From positions 4,232 through 68,231 of the forward strand of contig CAYOYK010000007.1 of the NCBI GenBank assembly GCA_964408185.1: a DNA stretch of 64,000 bases, read 5' to 3'. The notes under the pieces were generated by a model. It ran no database searches and had not been told where the DNA came from. It worked only from the letters and a program-made list of their open reading frames with translations. Of the stretch, positions 61,971 to 64,000 are shown one piece after another; positions within the stretch are counted from its first letter, which is position 1; the number at the start of each line of letters is the position of its first letter. The position numbers and the translations under genes are program-made. The stretch comes from an uncultured Oscillospiraceae bacterium (lineage in GTDB: Bacteria > Bacillota > Clostridia > Christensenellales > Aristaeellaceae).

Positions 61971-64000
61971 AACGAAAGGCAAACCGCCGCGCGCCGGGCG
62001 TAAACAGCCCGCAGGGCAAGCAGGAGCTGGATCGGCAGACCTCCTACCAAACGCTGCTGCCCGCCATGGGCGAGGGCTTCCATCTGGGCTATCACACGCT
62101 GCCCGGCATTGTGAGCGATCAGAACCAAAAGCCCCACGAATGGCTGGAAAACGTGGCGCGCTTTATGCTTACGCAGGGCGAGGAGGTCGGCTATTCCATC
62201 CCGGACGTGCTGGCCGGAGAGCAGCAGATGAAGCGCCTGATTCGCTTGCCCTACGAGGACGCCATGCGCCATCAGGAAATGCTGGATTGGCGCGGCATTC
62301 TGGCTGTGCTTCTGCTTTGGGACAGCTGGGAGCAGGACGAAACTTGGCCGATCCTCTCCTACGAGGATTTTCTTACGCCGGAGAGCATGACCACTGCCAT
62401 GGCCTTTCAGCGCGCGGTGGCGATGTCGCTCACCCCGGAGCGCGCGGCGGACGGCCTCAAGGTGTTCTCGCTGGTCAGCCAGCGCGAGCAGGTGCCCGAT
62501 AAACGCCCGCTTTGCATGGCGTCGCGCAGCGTGGTCATCATGCCCGCCGCCAACCCCGGCGATTTGGACGATGTGCTGCCCGATCGCATCCGCTGGTATA
62601 ATCGCGCGCGCAAGCGCTTTGAGGATCCCTGCGATTTTTTGGAGGAGGAGGATCGCGCGCGGCTGGTGGCGCAGCTCCGGCTGCTTCAGCGCCTCAACGA
62701 GGAGGAGAGCTACCACAGCGCGATCTATGCCAAGGACGCGCCGCTCATCAGCCTGCTGGACCGTTTCATCGACGATCTGCTCGGCTTCCGCATGAGCTGG
62801 CGCGAGCGCATCGAGGGCGGAGACCCGCAGGCGGAGCGCGAGCTGCGCGGCCGCGTGCTGGCGGTTTACGGAGGCATGGCGGAGCGCGATGAGCGCGCCA
62901 TCGCCGCAATCGCCTGCGAGGAGCAGCTTTTGGACGCGCGGGAGCTATCCGCCAATCCGCTCATCGCCGCGCTGCTCACCCAGCCGCTGCCTGCCGACGG
63001 CGTGCTCACGGATACACGGCACACGGTGTACACCTATCAGGGCGCGCCCTTTGCGCGCTCCTCAGGCGCGTATTTGCTGGAGCCCGCCAACCATCCCGAT
63101 GAGGATCGCACGTTTGCGCTTGTGGAGCAGGAGGTAGCCGTCTTTCAGGGCTATTCCTGCGCGTGGAACCAGCGCACGGCCGCGCGCCTCAACGCGCTGG
63201 CGGCGGAGCTTGCCCCGCGCGTGGGCGCGAGCCATCGCGTATGCGACCTGCTGCGGCGCTGGAGTCGGGAGTTGGCCGCGTATCCGACCTCGTGCGACCA
63301 GCGCATCGAGCTGAGCTACCCGATCGAGGGCCCCACCGGGTCGCTGACGCGCCTAATGGAGGACACGCTGGGGTTGCCCTGCGCGGAGGACGCTTTTTCG
63401 GACTGTCTGCTGACGGTTGACTGCCCGGAAGCCCCGCCGTTTGAGGATCCCTCGCTTAGCACGCACTGCCGCGTGGAGGGGATGGACGATGGATGCTACG
63501 CCGTGCCGCCGCTTTCCGCGGCCATGGCGCAATGGCTGCTGACGGAATGCGATCAGGGCGGCGAGAACGCCGCGTGGCTTGAGCCGGATTCCTTCCGTTT
63601 TACGCGCGTTGATACGGAGCGAGGCCCCGCGATCCGCGCCGAGTTTGAGGTCAAGCGTCAAACGCCGGCCGAGGACGCGCTGATCACCAACACGGTGGTT
63701 TTCCGCCGCGAGTATCTGCTGCCCGCGCCGGACGCGCGTCTCACGGCGGCCGGCATGGTCATGCGCGTCTCCGGGGAGGCGCTGCCTTACGTGGTCTCGT
63801 GGCCCAACGTGCATATTGCGCCGGAGCTTTGGCGGCGCTACTACGTGTACGCGCATCGGCCGCAGAATCTCGACGTGTGGGTCTACCGCGACGGCGCGTG
63901 GCAGCAGGGCCTGTATCGCCGCGTGTCCGAGCTGGACGAGGCCCTCGGCACGGAAAGAACGCGCGTGTGGCGCACCGCCGTCACCGAGACGTATCCGGCG
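61967..64000 (+). CDS. large hypothetical cytoplasmic protein (3' end outside window)
   Basis: This gene is not in the ORF track because it has no stop in the window. I translated from ATG 61967 (ATGA overlap with the previous stop) and found 678 codons open to base 64000, with coding-like composition (MKRKANRRAPGVNSPQGKQELDRQTSYQTLL...). No TM and no motif I recognise. Confidence 0.75.
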   Translation, partial: MKRKANRRAPGVNSPQGKQELDRQTSYQTLLPAMGEGFHLGYHTLPGIVSDQNQKPHEWLENVARFMLTQGEEVGYSIPDVLAGEQQMKRLIRLPYEDAMRHQEMLDWRGILAVLLLWDSWEQDETWPILSYEDFLTPESMTTAMAFQRAVAMSLTPERAADGLKVFSLVSQREQVPDKRPLCMASRSVVIMPAANPGDLDDVLPDRIRWYNRARKRFEDPCDFLEEEDRARLVAQLRLLQRLNEEESYHSAIYAKDAPLISLLDRFIDDLLGFRMSWRERIEGGDPQAERELRGRVLAVYGGMAERDERAIAAIACEEQLLDARELSANPLIAALLTQPLPADGVLTDTRHTVYTYQGAPFARSSGAYLLEPANHPDEDRTFALVEQEVAVFQGYSCAWNQRTAARLNALAAELAPRVGASHRVCDLLRRWSRELAAYPTSCDQRIELSYPIEGPTGSLTRLMEDTLGLPCAEDAFSDCLLTVDCPEAPPFEDPSLSTHCRVEGMDDGCYAVPPLSAAMAQWLLTECDQGGENAAWLEPDSFRFTRVDTERGPAIRAEFEVKRQTPAEDALITNTVVFRREYLLPAPDARLTAAGMVMRVSGEALPYVVSWPNVHIAPELWRRYYVYAHRPQNLDVWVYRDGAWQQGLYRRVSELDEALGTERTRVWRTAVTETYPA

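Noticed and set aside
61822-63856. Short ORFs listed inside 61.8-63.9 kb (61822-62502, 62571-62795, 62889-63137 and 63163-63420 on +; 61889-62716 and 63353-63856 on -).
   Set aside because: They are superseded by the single frame that is open from 61967 to the window end and is coupled to the upstream gene.
1-64000. Mobile elements, prophage, integrases, tRNA/rRNA genes, toxin-antitoxin pairs and known defence-system hallmarks (restriction, Cas, Abi, nucleases).
   Set aside because: I found no translated ORF with transposase, integrase or recombinase motifs, and no terminal inverted repeats. By eye I saw no cloverleaf-like or rRNA-like sequence. Absence is judged by inspection only, not by tRNAscan or Infernal.

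Overview
GC-rich chromosomal segment. The many long antisense ORFs in the track are compositional artefacts. Gene content (gpr, spoIIP, cotH, a CIRCE operator, ECF-type S component) points to an endospore-forming Firmicute of the Clostridia type; this is an inference. I support about 58 protein genes, no rRNA or tRNA, no CRISPR and no transposase or integrase. Layout by block: (1) 1-14.9 kb, one long operon hypA-F-C-D-E plus an 11-subunit group-4 (energy-converting) [NiFe]-hydrogenase with a complex-I-like membrane arm and a HycI-type protease. (2) 15-26.9 kb, housekeeping and accessory genes: fused Wzz/BY-kinase, a PG-binding secreted protein, ilvE, an RluA-family synthase, a Cof phosphatase, a heterodimeric ABC exporter and a small redox trio. 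(3) 27-36.3 kb, an OmpR/HK two-component pair, a serine hydrolase, a small transporter and a MacAB-like efflux system. (4) 36.3-38.3 kb, gpr-spoIIP. (5) 38.4-44.7 kb, a five-gene Ser/Thr-kinase (zinc ribbon + LRR ectodomain) / FHA / FHA / PP2C module. (6) 44.7-50 kb, cotH and htpG bracketed by two unrelated tandem-repeat arrays (17-bp and 18-bp units), with a perfect CIRCE operator upstream of htpG. (7) 50-55.5 kb, a teichoic-acid-like glycopolymer cluster. (8) 55.5-56.9 kb, a cobalamin-riboswitch-controlled DUF4430 plus S-component pair. (9) 57-64 kb, the most interesting region: a tightly coupled four-gene operon encoding a lipoprotein, a 4-TM protein, a divergent tubulin/FtsZ-like GTPase with a coiled-coil tail, and a large domain-less protein that runs off the window and is absent from the ORF track. 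All function calls come from reading motifs in the translations. No database search was run. Start codons are my choices within the listed ORFs.
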